Assembly (NCBI GenBank): GCA_030248215.1
Contig: JASANG010000627.1
Location: forward strand, 310,001 to 374,000
Direction: 5' to 3'
Origin: Enoplolaimus lenunculus
Taxonomy: Eukaryota
Length of the DNA stretch: 64,000 nucleotides
Of this stretch, positions 36,901 to 51,500 are shown piece by piece (the stretch's first letter is position 1; every line of letters begins with the position of its first letter). The notes under the pieces were generated by a model. The model was not told the DNA's origin, did no database searches, and saw only the letters and a list, made by a program, of their open reading frames with translations. A program made the position numbers and the translations under genes.

Positions 36901-39084
36901 CTTAAAAATTAAAATTTAATTGGAATCGGATGGGGGTGTGGGAGTGGGGTTATCAGTTGCCAAATCGGCATTATGTGCCAATATATTAAGATCAAAGCGG
37001 ATCCTGAAGATTTGGACCAATATTTCTTTTAACACTGTAACAACCAAAACATATTCCTAAGTTTAAGCCTCCGCACGCAATAAACACAAGTCCGAAACAA
37101 AGCTTAAGCCTCAAAAAAATTATTCTAAAATATAACTCTATTTCGGTCTTGTGAGAAAACCCCGATAGAAATTTTTGTGATAAAGTGGTAAGGTCCCTCA
37201 GTTTTTTGTAAAAGATGATATGGTCCCTACTTTACAATTGTTTCAACCAACAGAAAGTTTTTGTAAAAAAATGATAAGGTCCCTCATTACCTTACAATTT
37301 TTCTCCGTCAGAAATTATTTTGTAAAAAATGACAAGGTCCCCACCTTACAATTTTTCGCTGTCAGAAAATTTCTTGAAGAATTGCATTTCAAAACATTAA
37401 CCAGCCCTACCCCGTCAGAAATTTCTGGATCCGACTCTCAATACGAAGTACTACTAAAAGTAACATGGGCTGATGTTTGTACGATTTAGTGTAAGTATAT
37501 TTCAATGTGGTTCTTTCTTATTGGAACATAGAACGACTCATGTATTTATAGTTCGAGGGAAAGGTGACATTCGATAGAATCTCTTTGCAGTGCAGAATGA
37601 TAATCGGAATTCAGTTTTCTAGTCGGAAATCGGATCGGAATTTTAAATTTAAATGTTTTTGCTTTTGTAAGTTTTTCAAATCGCAAGATAAAAACATTTA
37701 TTTTGTTCTCGCAGTTTTTGTTTGGCATGAGTTTTCATCCTGAATATAAAGTCCTTCAAATTACGTTTTTCTGCAATTTGTTTCCCTTACTTTTCATAGC
37801 CTCAAAGGGCTCATGTAATGATAAGGGGCGGAACGTTTTTCTATGGGACTGCAATAGAATAAGCTTTAGCTTTAGACTAATTTTTTGCTTGGCTTAGGCT
37901 TAGGCGTAGACTTAGGAATTAGCTTATAATACTGTTCCGCCCCTGTTCTTTACATTGGCCGTCTCAAAGCATGGTGTTGGTGTGCTATACTAAGTGAAAA
38001 TTTGAAATGGCGCTGGCAGAAACCTATCCATACTCAATCATATCGAAATTCCGGCAGCGGAATTACTCAGTAATGATTATAACTACGTTAGAACCTCTTT
38101 GCTGAAAAGCAACGTTTTCAGTTAAGAGATACATTGTCTGAAACACAATGGGAAACTTACTGCTTTATAAAATTTATTAAGTTGAAAGAAACTTACCGTC
38201 TTGAAGTTGCCGGAAGCTCTCATATAAAATCGCGAAAGTCCGATCTATGTAGCCTAAGATTCGAACGATTAAATTATTAACACTTAAAAGAGTGCAAAAG
38301 TTAATCTATTTAAAGCCAAGAGTGCATAATACAAGAGTATGCAACTCTTGGGGTTCGGCATGGTACAAAATCTACCACCGAGTGTTGCGCTTTGGTCGAC
38401 CCTCTTGTATAAGGAGGGGTAGCTGATGTTTGAAACGTGCATTTGTTATGCTTTTTAAAAGTGTAATCCCAGTATGTTTACAATATTGAAATATTTGAAT
38501 GAGTGAAATTGAAAAAATTGTCAAACTTGACCACCTAATATTGGAGTCGGACAAAAATGCAACGTGCGCTGGGTAAAATCTTTTGTACACAGAATGATGT
38601 ACCCAGTAGCACACTCTTGTTGAAAACATTATCTGCACTTGATAAAAACCAACTATTTTTGAATTCAAGTAATAACCAATCCATGAAGTAATTTTTTTAG
38701 ATTGTCACGGTAAGCTAAGTTAATGCTTTAAGATAAATAAATTTTATTTCAGGAACAAATGATCAAGAATATGATGCCGAAACAATTGCTCCAATTCGAT
38801 TCATGGAGTCAAGGGTTCAGTTCTTCACCCAACTGGTTGCAAACATTCTAGATGCAATTTCGTTACTCGTTGAAAAACTCAAAGATCCAACTCAAGTATG
38901 GTATCATGATACGCGCTATTTGAATGTGTTTACGATTAAATTTCAAGAAATTAAACGCCGACTACCCGAACTGTATTTACTTGAACCTGTGCCGCCTTTA
39001 AAGTATTTAGAAGAAGTGATTCCGATTGATTTTATGGGCTCAATACAAACATTTGGTCCTGAAACAAAACAATTATTTCTTTGA
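33910..39084 (+). CDS. Hypothetical spliced protein (~426 aa) with a central acidic/Ser tract and an Arg/Lys/Ser-rich tract
   Basis: Exons 33910-33975, 34287-34475, 34704-35143, 35927-36180, 38753-39084. All introns are GT-AG, phases 0/0/2/1 join without stops, total 1281 nt. An in-frame TAA at 33904 lies upstream of the ATG, and AATAAA is at 39131. No family recognised. Confidence 0.75.
38331..38619. mobile_element. AAGAGTGTGCAACT-family MITE, reverse orientation relative to 3131-3402
   Basis: acaagagtatgcaact...agtagcacactcttgt. The internal blocks are reverse-complementary to 3131-3402. Confidence 0.7.
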
Positions 39085-42000
39085 AATGTTAATTTGGATT
39101 GTACGAAGTGGATTCAGTAATAATGTCAAAAATAAAACGTTATTTGAAACGCTTTTCACGTACCAAACAGCATCTTTCAGAACTCGCTTTTGTAATTGGA
39201 TAAACATTTTACCCCGGTGGTTTGTCTATAATCCAGATTTAACAAATAGCTTAAACTAAATTTGTAAAAAATTTCAACTGTTATTAATATTATTATTATT
39301 ATTATTCGCTTTGTGTTAAAACGCTATTTAGAACTTAAAGACAGAAGTTGAAATTTTCTCCATTTACCCCTTCTTTCACGTGATTTTTTTCTATTCCATC
39401 TTCAATCCACTTTAAACCTAGAATTTTACAACGACTAATGGAGTGAGAGGCATTTACCATCAACACCCAGCTATAGGAACTTATCGCTAGAGTCCGATGG
39501 ATCTCTTACGTCTTGTGGAGATTTTGTTCTACGCATTATGTTGTAACCGTTTTATACACAGTGCGTTGTGCATTATTTCACTTATACACACATTGCGCTG
39601 AGTAACTCACAGCCAACTCTACGTGAGATGAGAAGGGGTTAAACGTTAAACAATATTGTCTAAATTTTTGAGCTTTGCGATTTTGTTCCGCCAAACTTTC
39701 GTCGGATGTAATACACAACCAAATTAGTATTTTCTTGGCCACATCTCTTTTTCGCTTCAGAATATTATGTAGTCACGGAGCGGTCTACATTTGCCGTAGC
39801 TAAAATACTTCAAATATCTCTTAAGCTGTTGTTTGCACGCAAATGTTTTTGGTTCAAATCGTAATAATAAATTGGGTTCGTGGTATATACACATATTTAA
39901 AGCTACAACGAAAGACAACGTTGAAATACTTTTCGGACACAAATGTTTCGAGTTTTAGAATAATTATTTGGTTTGTCGCAAAAGCACGCAGGTTCTGCAT
40001 TTTTGAGTAGTGCAGGGAAACTGTGTCAGTGGGAAAGCTATGAAATTCTTATCATGGATTATCAAATACTTGCATGATTTACATACACAAACCCGTAATT
40101 TATGCATATATATATTTTTTTTGATTTAACGAAATCACATCACATAGTAAGCATTATTGCTTACCGGAACTGAATGGTCAAAAGGCCGTTACTTGCGGTT
40201 AGGATTTCATACAGTCCCAATGTGGGAGTATAGGGACGGATCCAGCCGGAGGTGACGTTTATGATATAACCCCATTTCGTATTAAGCAAAACATTTAAAA
40301 ATTCAAAAATGCTACGAATCCGGACCCCGCGTTCGCCAAGTTTATGCGTTAAGGTATGGCTTTGGTTCCGTGGATCCTAGCCTGCAAATTCGCCTTATTT
40401 TTTCCTGCATCCACTCCTAAAGTGTGTTACATTTTTTCTGACACATTTATTGACATATGGACGTGTTTGTTGTATTCTTATTTACCTGTAGTTTACTGTT
40501 TACCAAATCTGGTTTAAACTATTATGAGCATTCTAATTTATAAACGGTTCCGTTTCAAAAGTTCGCGCTTATTACGGTAGTAAACTGATGTGTAACGAGG
40601 GGTGGCGTAGCTTGCTACGGATATCTCGGCTCCTTGTTAAACATTTTTTGATGACAGTAAAGATTCTATGTTCGCTAAATTGGGGGTTTTTTGCTTCCGC
40701 ATAAAAATGGTCTTATACCCTCCATAAAACGATTGCATTTAGCAAAAACAACTAAAAATATTTCAAATTTTAATTGTGATCCCAAGCCATAAAATGGGTG
40801 ACATCTTAGATTGAACCTAATTTCAAAGTGTTGAACTTATAATTAACAAGTTTCTGCCAGGGTTTCGAATATTGTAGTAGTAAGTACTGCCTGCGGCTCC
40901 ATTTTTTACATTTTTGCTGGATTTCAGGCAAGAAAATATTCCCAACCAACAAAACGAATCACCCCCACACAATTTTGCAGCGATCAACTTGTACCTGCAA
41001 CTTGTATCTGCGATCTGTAAGATATATTTCAACAAGAATTTGCAGCTATGTAACTTTTGTTCAAACAAGTTGCAGCTGTCACTTGTCACAGCAAAAAACT
41101 TGCACGTGTGAATATTAAAGCTTAAGACAGATTTTTAGCACGGAATTTACGATTTTGTATCCAGACACTTTTTGAAACTAAAAATACATTTCGAAGCAAC
41201 AAAGGTCAATCCAACTTTATCAAAAGTTGCAATGCTAGGAAACGGTGTTTAGGGATTCCAACTAAAACGTTCATCTAGAAACTATATAGCATTTAGGCTC
41301 GTAGCGTCTATCTAAAGTAAAAGCATAGAGTAGCCTTGACCAAAAAAACACAACTGATCAGTGCTTCTTTCACTGGTGAACTTTATTCTTCTGCTTAAAG
41401 AGTACGAGCTTGAAAAGTATTTCTAAACGCAGTACAGACTACCTACTTTTATAAAAGCATATGTTGCTTATATAAGCGTCACAAGTATTCATGTACACAT
41501 CATGGTTTAGGGAACACAGAGAACACAAAAGCCGGAGCGAATACTCTGCTACTAGTTTGGTTGGGGTGAACGCCCCGTTTAGAAAGCCATACTGCCGTGT
41601 TTGTGTGCCGAAGACAGAAAGATCGTTAGCGAGTCACCAACCAAAGAAAGAAAATAAAACAAACAAGCTGCCAGTATGGAACGGGGGAAGCGAAACGGGG
41701 GTTGAAAACAAAAATATAACCTTCCTAAAAGCGTTGTCGTCAACATGCAAAGACAACATAGAGACAAGATACTTCTTTCGGTCGTTCAGGCTCATGTTTG
41801 TAGTCCACAACATATATTATAAGCTTTGTAGTCTTTACATAAACACTTCTATATATTTCTTGGTTTATATTTTTGCTTATATATGTTTCGGAAGAGTACG
41901 TAAGTTCAAGCATATATATTCAGTAAGTCATTAGTTTAGCGTGCGGATAGCGCGAGTATTCTGGGATTTTGAGTCAATCACGAACTAAGAGGGTATTATA

Positions 42001-42358
42001 CTATTGGTATAAAAGCTCATCTCTATGAAAAAATTATATATTCGTCGGCGCCGGTATGATGATACCGATTCCGACTGTTGTACACTGTACCCCACATTTT
42101 ACCCTTAGGTTTAGGAAAATACTAGCCCAACCTTGCTTAGGCTTAAATTTTTATTCCTAGTTTTTAATGTAGGGAAAGTATACAAGTGTCCTGGTCCGTT
42201 TGATGCAACTGGGGACCATTAAGGGTACCGGTATACTTTTGATGACGTCCGTCACCGTGCGTACGTGAGTTACTCACAAACCATACCGTACGATGGTGAC
42301 AGACGATGACGGACTGCGGCGGACGGCAGCGCACAGCAAGTATAGCGATACTCTAGCA

Positions 42359-42543
42359 CAGGGCCGTAGGCAGGAGGGGTCAAGGGGGCCATGGCACCAC
42401 AGTGGTTTTGGAAAAATTTCCTTTTTCACTATGATCCCCTGTGCGCCGTTTGTGTAGTGACTGTTTTTGTACGATTAATACACTAGGTATATATTTAAAG
42501 TATTTATATGCCCCCCGAAACGAAAATCCTGGCTACGCCGATG
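42359..42543. mobile_element. hAT-like MITE of the 'CCGTAGCCAGG' family
   Basis: cagggccgtaggcagg...cctggctacgccgatg, flanked by 8-mers ctctagca / cactatca (6 of 8 match). Related ends at 2636-2793, 9819-9957, 14016, 20690 and 63872. Confidence 0.6.
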
Positions 42544-45500
42544 CACTATCAGGGTATAGTCCTAAGTATGAAGTATAACAGTGACCCCGCCATCGCAGAA
42601 TATATGACTTCCCTAAACGTAGCTAAGTTCGGACAACATTCTTTGAATAAAAACAAAACCAAAAGAAAGCGTTTCATGAGAGCTCACATGGATTAGACCT
42701 TGGTTGGGAAAGTTGAGAAACTCTGATATTTTGTGTATATATAAAGTACTTCATGTTCTTTATATCTTGTAGTGTATTATATTTTCGGCTTACGAGAGAC
42801 GTTTTAAGTTTAGACGAACTAGCTTCAAAACATTAGATGAAGAGTATTTTGTGATTACTTTGAGATGTAACAACCAGCGGGTAAAATCACAGTTGCCAAA
42901 AGTGGAAATAATTGTTAATAGCTTTCAAATGATATCAGTTAAGCGATTATTGAGAATCTCGGGTTTATCTTGACGGTAATGATTATAAAACATGAGATTG
43001 GCCAAAAACTTATATTTGCGGGTTCTGTGCTTGCAAAGGTTGAACATTATGGCGATTCCATTTTTATTTCTTTCTTCGTCTGAGATGTGTTGCTCATATA
43101 TTACTTGCATTTAGTTGGTCATAGTATACTCTATGAGTTAAAGGGTTAATGTTGAAGAATATAGCTTAGAGCCGGATGACCAATAAACAGTTTGGGATCC
43201 TTTCGTTGTGTGTCAGAGTGAATAGCACGGTATATCCCTAATTAAAGGCTGTTAATTGATGGAGTCCGAAAATCTTAATTAGTGTTCATGAATGTCAATT
43301 ATATTTTTAACACAGTACACAACTACTGGTTCCTGGGCCAAATGAAGTTCAATGCAAGGCTATATTCGAAGAAGCATACTTCTAGTTTCTTAAGTCTAGT
43401 TTTATGTTAGTAACTTAAATTATAGAGACTGCGCTCCGAGTAAAATAGGGAGTTGAAATAACAAGAGAACGGTTAATAATAGATAACAGCCCGTAATAAA
43501 TGATAGTCCGTAATCGAAAGACAACAGGATGCTTCCCGGTGAACCAAAATAAACATCAGTCCTCCGTTATTTGGTTCGCTACAAGTAGACAGTTTCTTAA
43601 CGAATTTTTATGAGCTGGCCTAAAATTCTATTAAATTTTGTATATATACAAAAATTAGTAAAATGGTTAACGTTAAAAAAATTAATTCATTTATGAAAAA
43701 GTGGAAAATTGAATACTTGGAAATAGAAATCATTGTTTGGGCGCAGTAAACGCAAACATTTTACATCCGAAGGCAGATCTTTTGTTATTTTGTATAAGTA
43801 AATGCTTTGGCCGTGTTCTATGACGTAAAAATTTGTCAAAAATTAAATTAATGTTTCTTTAAGGTTTTACTTGACTCAAATTCTAGTTTGCAGAAGCATA
43901 GTGCAAACATAATTGCACTTAACGTTTTGCCGTATGCTTTTTTCGAAGGTATCTGCGTAGTGAATGCGCTACTATGTGCGTTATAGGGCCAAAAGATACA
44001 AAAAAATTAAAACTTTTACTAGTATATATTATTTAAAGTTCTCGTTTATAAAAGAGGTATTTTATATATCGAGTTAAAATTATTTAAGCAACAACTGATA
44101 TTTGCAATGCAGTTGTATAACAGGCGAAGCAAAGAAGCACTACCTTATTATAGAGACACAGAGAGAGAGAGTTTGAAAACTACTTTAAGTCCATTTTAAT
44201 AGCAAAATGAAGACAAAATTTAAATTTTTCGTTCCCAACGAATATTGTTGTAAAAGGTATGTTGCTCTATGTAGCAAGCAACTACGACTGAGAATGCAAA
44301 AAGATTTTAGCGCAGTAGCGACAACGGTTTTAGACTTAAAATTTAGTGCTAATATACCGAAAACTAAAAGCGTATCGAGATAGTTTGTTTCAAGGAAGCT
44401 TATTCTTTTTATTTGAAACTTTTCTTACTTCAGCTTACTTTAGAACGCTGTGGAACGAGAAACAGCTGACAGTAAACAATGCATGGTGTAAATGAAAAGT
44501 TTGATATTTCAATTTTGGACTAGGATTACTCGAATGAAACAAATTTTGAAATAGACGCTCGCGTGTACATGTTTTAATTTATTTCAAGCAGTATATGAAA
44601 TTGCAAATTGGCAAACTCTAGTACGGTTTTCATAGTGACAATGTATTCGTATAGTTTTCTGAGGCTTTTTAATGCCAATTTGAAACCAACTTTAGAACGG
44701 TTTGCTAAATGTAGGATATATAATTCATAGCCACTTTCTAATTTATACGAATTCAGTTACGATTGTGAAATCTGTAGATCGCTTTTCTTAAATTTAAGAC
44801 AAATGTTTTTAAATTGTTCAATATTGTTAAAGTATAAGATAATGTCATCAGTGTGTCGAGCTTGACGCTTCTTTGCTAGTCTATTTGTATTCTTCATATA
44901 GTTATATTTTCAGTAGTAATGACTAATTCCTACAACCAAACTCAAGAATCTATATCAACACGCTGTAACCTTTTTGCTTTAAAGAACTGAATATTTGAGC
45001 AAATATAAATATACTCGAAACAGTAAATATACATTATTGCTGCTAGCTTTTGCATTATGGCCGAGTTTAAAATTGCAGTACAGTTAGTAGTAACTTTTAA
45101 TGCAGTTTTAAACTATTGCACAATAATATCAACGTTTATGTTGTATACTGTGACAACGCTCGGCTAACATTTATTAAGCTTGTATATTTCTAACTTTTAC
45201 TCAAACTCTAAAATGAGACCACTATGATACTTTTAGTTCGAGTTTAAGCTAGTTTTCAATTTCTAGTATTGCAACATGCGGAATAGCGTCTGACTGCACC
45301 AACCAACTGGTATAATAGCAATGGACCATAATCACCACGGGACAACTGTAAGCCACATATTTATTTTTCGATCTATAATATGCCCAGAGCGAGTTGGGCA
45401 GAACTCGGATTCCGTCTGTATGCACTGCGTAGTGTAAGGGTTGTGCTATATATATACTTTATTGTGCCGCACGCCGCCGGATGCTGCCGCGCGCCGCCAA

Positions 45501-48500
45501 ACGCCGCTCTGCTGTGCCCTTGTCAGGCGGGGCACGGCGAGTATAGCGCAACCCAAAATCCCCTATTCAAGTTGTGTGAGGAAGCCATAAACAAACCGCG
45601 TGCTGAGGAGACTCATTTTAGGTGTTTTCCGTTATCTTCTCGCCAGCCGTTGTTTCCTAAAAATGGTATAATTTTGCTAGTTGTGGCCTATTTGGCCTTC
45701 TCATGTCATCCCACTAATCATTTCACATCTAAATTTGAATTTTTGAAAAATTTGATTTTTAAGGTTCAAAGGCCCCTCTTGGGACACAAAGAAATTTTTG
45801 TCAATAACTTATCTGATCCTAATTAAATTCAAGTAGCATTGAAACTACAATTACTGTTACTAGCGAGATTGTGACCAGCAAACTGCAGAAGTCAGTTTTA
45901 GTTATGTGAAACATTTTTAGCGTGTACCGGATGCTTATCATGTGTTATAAAATGTTGATACATATACTTAATAGTAAAATAGTAATATAATTTTGGCAAC
46001 ACACTTAACATTTATCAACATTTTCCAGGTTCATACATTTCAATTTATCTGTTTGATTCTGAAAAAAACCCGTTCTTTCAGGTCGATTCAACGTTTCCAA
46101 AAAAGTCAAACCTACCCTGCTCGTACATCGCCCCTATACTCTCAGAAAGCCTCTCAGAAATACCTTGTTATATTTTTCTCTCTGGCTGAAGAGGAAAATT
46201 TTGATTCTGCAGAATCTTGTGCCAGTCACAACTAAAAATATTAATACGCGACACATTCTAGCATATTTACTGGCTCCCCAAGCGTATTTATCTGAGTCAG
46301 AGAGCAGCAGTGTATTGCTGCAATACGCTTTGAGAGGGGGGTACTCAAGACTTGTGGTATTTTAAAGATACAACACCCGACGATGGGAATGTAGCACTCT
46401 TTTTGAAAATCGATTATAAGCAGAAATTCTTCTCAAACCCAATACACAAAATATCACAAGAGCCACGCCGCCAGTAAAATAATATACATAGCAGTTTGCA
46501 ATTTTCTGCGCTTCAGAGTTATAAACATACGCTGTGTACCGTTTTCTTGCACTCCAAATTGCTTGCTAGCTTTGCTACCTCGCGCAAGCATCAGTGACGG
46601 ATCCAGAAATTTTCGACGGGGGGGGGGTGCCCGCGCGATATATAATGCTGAAAAATGTTCGCAAACGATGCCAGCAAGAAGCTAAACGCAATTTCAGTAC
46701 TCAATCTTAATGCAATCCGTTGGTTTTGACCAGAGTTGGATAAGGTCAAGGCCTGGGTGGCTCCCTTTGTATGGGCGTGTGTGACACACAGTGATTTCTT
46801 GCATACTCACTACAATTATTGCAGAGACTGCAAACAGAATACGATGAGATCTGGCAACAGAAAATACCCTTTCGCAAGCTTGCAGAATATACACGAGTAA
46901 AATATATTTGTTTTGCATTTTACGGTAACTCTTCTATATATTTGCCTCTGACAAAATGGTATTTATATCTTGAAAATTTTTTTCTGGTTTCACATTGACC
47001 AGAAAGCGTACAACTTCACCTAACCTGGTACTGCAATAAGACGTTATAAATTGTCTTGGTTCTGATGCAAATATGTATTACGGCTATACACTACAGAGAT
47101 AAATCTCATTTATGGCTCCAGAGCCCGAATTCTCAAGTGTGAGTAGCATCTATTACCAGTTGGTGATAGGTCTTGTAACTTTCGAGCCCGGGAAGGTTGA
47201 GGTTTGAAATTCAGCACATTTATTGCGATCGATTTTCGCTACTTCTATGCAAATTTTGAGATCTGCAAATGCAGCAGTCCGATAGTTTGAAAACCTATTA
47301 CTATCGGATGATAGGTGCTATGTGCATTTGAGAATATGGGCCCTGGTTGTAGAAGACGGTTTATTTTGATGCTAAGGAAACTTTTTGTTTGGTTAAAAAG
47401 TTATACTCAAGTTTCTGACCACAACCTTGAAAATATTTCGATGATTCGACCTAGTTTATGACTTTTTATTAATTGCTATTAAGGCCTTGGGTTGGTGTTG
47501 ACATAAGTGTATTATTATATTCAGATTCTACATCTAGATCTATGTAGTTAATTCACTTGTTTAGATACAGAATTTGGGTATGGCTCAGAGTTAAATTGAG
47601 AAATAGTGTGCAAAAATGAAGCAGGACTTTCTCCAAAACGAGGCAATACTTATTCATGAACTGAAATTTATATATATATATATATATATCAAAAGCTAGA
47701 GCGATAATACTGGGTTATACATATCAATGTACTTTCAAAACTTAAGTAAGTCTGCTTTAAACTTTTGAACTCAACTTTAATTGGGCCTGGAGTTACTCAT
47801 GCACTACAATTAGAGACAATTGATATTTGTGGACTCTAATTAAAGTTTAGGGACTCTATCCGCTTACGCACTCTTATTAGGGATACGGACTCATATTGAT
47901 TGAGGCTCAAAATGGGGACCTCTCTTATTACCCCCTCTTATTCGGGTCACGACAAAATATATGTACGTATATATCGCATTAAAAGCTTCAGGCAGGAATA
48001 ATTTGTGTCGAATGTGAATATTTTTTAAAGCCATATCATGCCAAAAAATTTTATATTGCACATATAACTTTCTGTTTGAGTTGAATCGAGAATAATAAAT
48101 TTCAAAGATTTTTTCCTCAAAACGACAATTGGGTCTGCACATTTCTATTCAACCCTAAATCGTGCTTGCATCAGTTTGACTTTAGCAAAATTAAGCAGCT
48201 GAGAAGCAGGCCGTTTTACATAACCAGTGTAGCGTTCAACATTAATATCAAACAAAGCTGCATGGTTTAAATTAGTCTTAGTCGCTGTTTATTTAAACTT
48301 AAGCCAAAATCTGTTAGGAAATTGCATTAAACGTTTTTTTAACTGAAACTGTTAGCATAGAATCGATTAAATATTTCACTAGGCTGTATTTCAATTCAAG
48401 CGAGAAAATTTGTTGAAATTTTTATGTTTTGATACGTCTTGAAGTGAGAGGATCGTAGGGCCAACCCTGAGTATAGATTATAAGTTATAGAGGGTACAGC

Positions 48501-51500
48501 TGCATTGTGTGTACTAGAAGCACTCGTTCTGTGCTTGATCTAGCGTAGGTATAACCAACCAAATGCACTGTTTCAAGCACGAGGCTCGTTGTAAAGCGGC
48601 AATAAGGTATTCTATATACACAATGTGCATTAATAATATACAGTTAATGCATTTTTATGTTATTTTTGTGTTTGAAATGTTTGTTCTGTAGCGACTACTT
48701 TGAGTTACATTTTTTTGGTAAATTTAAGCGTCGCAGTTTTTGGGTGAATGTTAATACTTTTAGGGGCCGTAAGTGTAGATCAAGCATGTTTCTAAGCTTA
48801 AGCCTGGTCGTAGTAAAAAGTGTATTTTTAAGCCTAAGATTTGAAGCAAAAAATACAGTCTAAAATCTATGCCTACTCATTTACAGTGCCACTAAAGTCA
48901 AAAGTAACATGGGCCAGTTTTTGCTGGCTACACGGGATTTTCGCGGTGCAGGCAAAAACCTATTTTGGTTCAGATTTCCGCTAAATCTAACTCTGGTTTA
49001 GTCTGAATAACTTAGATTTCATTTATTTGAAATGTCGGCATCTAAATATTTTTGCCCACAGTTGCCGTGAACGGGTTAAAAAATTTAACCAACTTCTAAA
49101 ACATAATATATAAGGAACGTAGTATATTGAGATCAGACTTATATATACTGAATTTCTTTTTGTTCTTGTACGTTTTCCCCCGCATTTAAGGTAAAGGCTA
49201 AGCCTTAGGTTTAGGCTAAAGTAAACCAGCGTAAGTGTAAATGTAGGGAAAGTCGAAATGTGAGGGGAAAGTGAACTTGAACCTCGTTTCGTTTTCTTCT
49301 ATTAATTTGGCTACTCTTCTGATCGAAGTCAAAAAATTATACAAAATCCTTCAACTTTGTAGTTTTCAGGGTTTAAAATGGCACTATTTTCAAACTTAAC
49401 GCTGACTCTGAACTTTAATACCGTTAACAGCTGTTCAAATCACGTTGGCTGTTGTACGAATTCGCTTAAAGTCGCTAAAGATGGTTTAGTTTCAAATTTT
49501 AATACACAAATATAATATTGCTAAATTTTTTAATTATCGTAAGTATAGGGCACTACAAACAAGTACAGCTGTTTGAATTTAAAATTAAGCGCAAAAGACA
49601 AGCACACAGTGGTGAATCCAGATATTTTTAGTTTGCAAGCGTCAAGCAATATAAAAATCTTTCGTGCTAAATTTTAATACAAAGATTAAAGTTTTGATCC
49701 CTGTTTGGGGGTATGGTCCGTCCAACCGTCCCCCTTAGATCCCTCAGTACTACTTAAACTTTTAAGGCTACCAAAACTCGATACCTCACACTACGACCCA
49801 AACAGAAGCGCAAAGAGTACACAAATTGGTGTTCGTCTTTAAGACAATAATTAATTACTACTCGAGAAGAGCAACTGTTTTGAGTAATAAAATACTTTGA
49901 AAATTCAATTGTGTATAACGGTATCAATTCTTTTAAATTTGAGTCAAAAATTTTCAAATCTCAAAAGTTAAGTAGTAGTGCGTATCAAATTTTACGGACT
50001 AAACCTCACCGAGCAAGAAGCAGAGAGCACTTTGAAAGCGAACGCCTGTTTGTTGCCATTTGTGTTGAAGTCGCAAATCCTTAGATTTTCGTTCAATGTG
50101 ACCAGTACAGTAGCAGACTGAAGTAGGAGATCGTTTGCAAACTTTAGGGTGGAAACCTCCAACGCAGTGGGGAATTCGTTGATTTTTCTGAGTAAGCTTC
50201 GAGGTAGGCCGGCACATCGCGACCCCCCCTAGGTTATCCGTGCTGACACAATCTTGAATTTAAAATTTTCACAAAAAGTTTGAAAATGTTCTACACGTTC
50301 TCTAACTAGTAGGGAAGCCACAGGGCACCCTTACCACACTTAAATTTCAGCCAGGGGCATAGGGGAACATACTAATTGATCCATTTGAAGACGCTTAAAT
50401 TAAAAATATGGTCCATGATGATTATAGAAACCAGACCTTTGAGAGATACGCAGAGTGGGTGAGTTAAACACCGCGAGGCTTAGGCTTAGGTTTAGGCAAG
50501 GCCGAGCCTACGCCTCGCACTCCCCCCATACGGGCCATAGAGGCCCCCGTAAGATTCAACGAGGCCGTCAAATGATTTATGCGATCCATCGAGCCTTCTC
50601 GTTGATAACCGAGGTGTTCATGTTGTTCGCAATTTATCTGTTCAAGAGGTAAATACGCTAATTATTAATCTGTTTCAGGACGTCTGAAGGTTTCTGAATT
50701 ATCAGAATTTATACTATTTTTGGTTTGTGCGACCAAAGCATTTGCTTAGCCACTCAAAGCACCCCTAGAGGGGTAGGGCGTCACTGAGGTTACGGTTAAA
50801 CTAAAAGCTTAGATTTAGGTTTAGGCGTAGTGAGTAGGTTTTTCCAATTGGCTACAGCTATGTTTGCCATAATATTAAGCTTACGAAAATAAGGAACACA
50901 TTTAGCAGTGTGTATACTGGGTTCAGGGTTACAAGCGTAGTTTTAGGCTTAGACTTAGTTGAGTAGTAGGATATTATATATTATTGGCTACAACTATGTT
51001 TGCCATAATATTAAGCTAGTATCTAGATTCACTTTTCGATATTCAAACGAACCAACTTCAATCTGTACACTTGTATATTTTAACTTTTAAGCACAACAAT
51101 TTAAACATCGTGATGTTTTGAGCTTTTCAAATTTTGCTGGCCGTGAGTAGCAGCTAGCGGTTTGAACGTTAAGTATAGAGAAAGCAATAAGTATATCTTG
51201 AGTATGCAAAGTACTTAAAAGTTTTTGCGACAAGTACCACCCCTGTTTGATGGAATATAGTCTGTTTGCCTTGCGATGAAAGTATTAATTTTAAAACGGA
51301 TGTCAGTGAATACACGCACGTATTTTGTCTTCGCAAACGTAAAATGCTTCTGCGAAGGGTTATTATTGCAAATGCTTGCTGAAAACAGCAACTAAAACGT
51401 CTAAAATAACTTAAACCAGGCTCGCTTCGTTACTGCGACAGGGCGCTACCATGTCAAAATATCTTGTCTTTGTTATCGGAATAATTTCTCACGGCATTGA

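Noticed and set aside
41491..41934. 147-aa ORF, and a minus-strand 'QYGF' resembling a reverse transcriptase motif
   Set aside because: No surrounding RT motifs, no splice-consistent partner exons, and low-complexity composition.
45380..45826. 148-aa ORF
   Set aside because: It runs through a GC-rich Harbinger-like MITE (~45438-45554) and has no protein-like features.
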